NCBI RefSeq assembly: GCF_009914755.1
Contig: NC_060932.1
Length of the DNA: 64,000 nucleotides
Source: the human T2T-CHM13v2.0 reference genome, Homo sapiens
Reading direction: 5' to 3' (one strand)
The notes below the pieces were generated by a model. The model had not been told where the DNA came from. It did not search any database and saw nothing but the letters and a program-made list of their open reading frames with translations. This document shows, one piece after another, positions 62,130-64,000 of the stretch. Each line of letters starts with the position of its first letter. Position 1 is the stretch's first letter. The translations under genes were made by a program, and so were the position numbers.

Positions 62130-64000
62130 TCACTCAGCAGATATTGCAGAGTATCCCCAAGTGGCTGAAGAAAAGGCACCCTCTGGGGATACAACAATAC
62201 CAACACAGAGACAATCTCTTCTCAAAGAGGATGTGAAGCTAGTGTGACACATGGGATCTAAATTTTTTTAATGTTAGGAATAATTAATAAATAATTAATA
62301 ACAAATTCATCCAACTCTGGCAAATGTTATGTGGAAAGGTGTTTAATAAACAGTGATAGCCAGTGCAGCAAATTTGCATGAAATTTAAAAATAGCATCCC
62401 TTTCATAAGGCACTTTACTTAGATCTGTCAGCAAGTTGTTATAATAAATACCCAAATCAGTCTTGTCTTCGGTGTGAAGCATACTGTGAGATACTGCACA
62501 CTTAGGTGCAGTGTAGTCTACACAAGTGTGCAGATCCCCTGAAGAAGACCTGGTGTCTGGGAACCCTGCTCAGTCAGAGAACATCAGGGAAGCCCTTCTT
62601 GAAATGGCATTGAAGCTGATATTTAAGGATTGCAGTTATGGCAGTTATCCAGGAGAGGGGGAAGAAAGAGCATTCCACAGCATATGTGAAGAATGTAGAT
62701 GGTCAAGAGTGGGGCATTTCTGTGGCACCCTGACGAGGCTGAGGTGCTTGAGCCTGGTGATCAAGAGCAGTTAAGGTGCAGACCATGCTGAGCCTTGTCA
62801 AGAATGTCAAAGATTTTGGATTTCAGCCTAAGAGTAATAAAGAGCCAGTGAAGGCTCTCAGGCAGGAGAGTGGCATGCCCAGATTGGGGTCTTTGAAGTA
62901 TCACTTGTCTTTAGTTTGGTGAACATACTGGAGGGAATGAGGAGGTGTGAGGAGCTCCAAATTCAATTGGAATCATGTGCTGTTCCAGCTAAAGGTGCCG
63001 CGCATCTGCATGTGACATAGACAACATGCAACCAGGACTTTTTCACGGCCATAGACTTAAACTTGGAACTGCTTATACTGAAATTCTTGACTGCATTAAA
63101 TCCACAGGTTTGAAAAGTCAATGCCAGTCACATGTCAGACTCTAAGTTGGGGAGTGAGAGAAATTTTGGCAACACAAAGCAATGAATGGCACATCAGACG
63201 TATGGGCAGAATTATTTCAAAAGAAGTTGAGATTATCTCTGGTAGTAGAAGAAAGATGACACTAAGGTAGGGATCGGAATTTAAGCAAGAATTTTATCAA
63301 GAAGGAAAGGCAGGGAGGCACATGTGCAAAGGTGTGAGAGCCTGACACGTGGTGGTGTGGGGCTTGCAGTGTTACAGAAGGTGTGGGGGGAGGAAAGTGG
63401 TGCATCAGGACAGCCAGGGTGCAGACTCAGGGAAGAGCAGGTCGGCCCGGCTGTGCTGGGATCGTGAGCTGACCGTGTGGTGGAAGTGGCCCTGACTGAC
63501 ACAAGGAGGACACCTTTGGACAGAGAACAGTAGTAAAGCTCTCCTAACCATCTAGGTTAGAGATGAATCAACCCTAAAACAACACAATTGCTAAGCAGAT
63601 TGGGGAGGATAGGATAGTTTTGAGAACTGTGTAGGAAATTAAATTGACAAGAAATGGTCTGGATGAATATGGAAGTTAGGGAGGAGAAAGAGTTTAGAAT
63701 TACTTTAGGATTATGCTTGGGTGACCAAGTGAATGACGGTGCCATTAACTGAAATAAGAAATACAGGAGGAATCACAGCAAGCTGTAGAAAGAACATAAT
63801 GAGCTTGGGTTTGGAAGGCTGTGTTTGAGGCATCAGTGAGGCATTCATTTGTGTGCGTGGTCCAGGGCTGTCTAATGCTGGGCAGATTGTGTTGGAGAGA
63901 CACAGGCCGAGCCATGCAGGTGAATAAGGGCATGGAAAGTGAACATCGCAAGAAAATCAAGCTGATGAGAAAATGCTGGAGAAAGCATGCGCTTTAATAG
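62130..64000 (-). mobile_element. L2 fragments
   Basis: gtgcagaccatgctgagccttgtcaag...gagccagtgaaggctctcaggcaggagagtggcatg; gtgaatgacggtgccattaactgaaataag...gtttgaggcatcagtgaggcat. Confidence 0.65.

Overview
Human (or near-identical primate) genomic DNA containing the whole kappa opioid receptor gene OPRK1 on the minus strand, not a microbial window. The gene has a non-coding exon 1 in a CpG island (~60120-59933) and three coding exons (59522-59266, 43595-43243, 38314-37782). These splice to 1143 nt, giving a 380-aa class A GPCR. A ~3.5 kb 3' UTR ends after an AATAAA at 34235-34240. The stop codon lies in the UGA-CUAG readthrough context, with an open 28-codon extension ending in a class I PDZ-like motif (-TTAV). 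The remainder is intronic or intergenic DNA dominated by L1, L2, MIR, Alu, MaLR/ERV LTRs and DNA transposon fossils, and nearly all other ORFs in the track are spurious. The most notable unexplained element is a 35-bp, pri-miRNA-shaped inverted repeat at 7631-7713. Repeat family names were assigned by eye from remembered consensus sequences and need RepeatMasker/Dfam confirmation.
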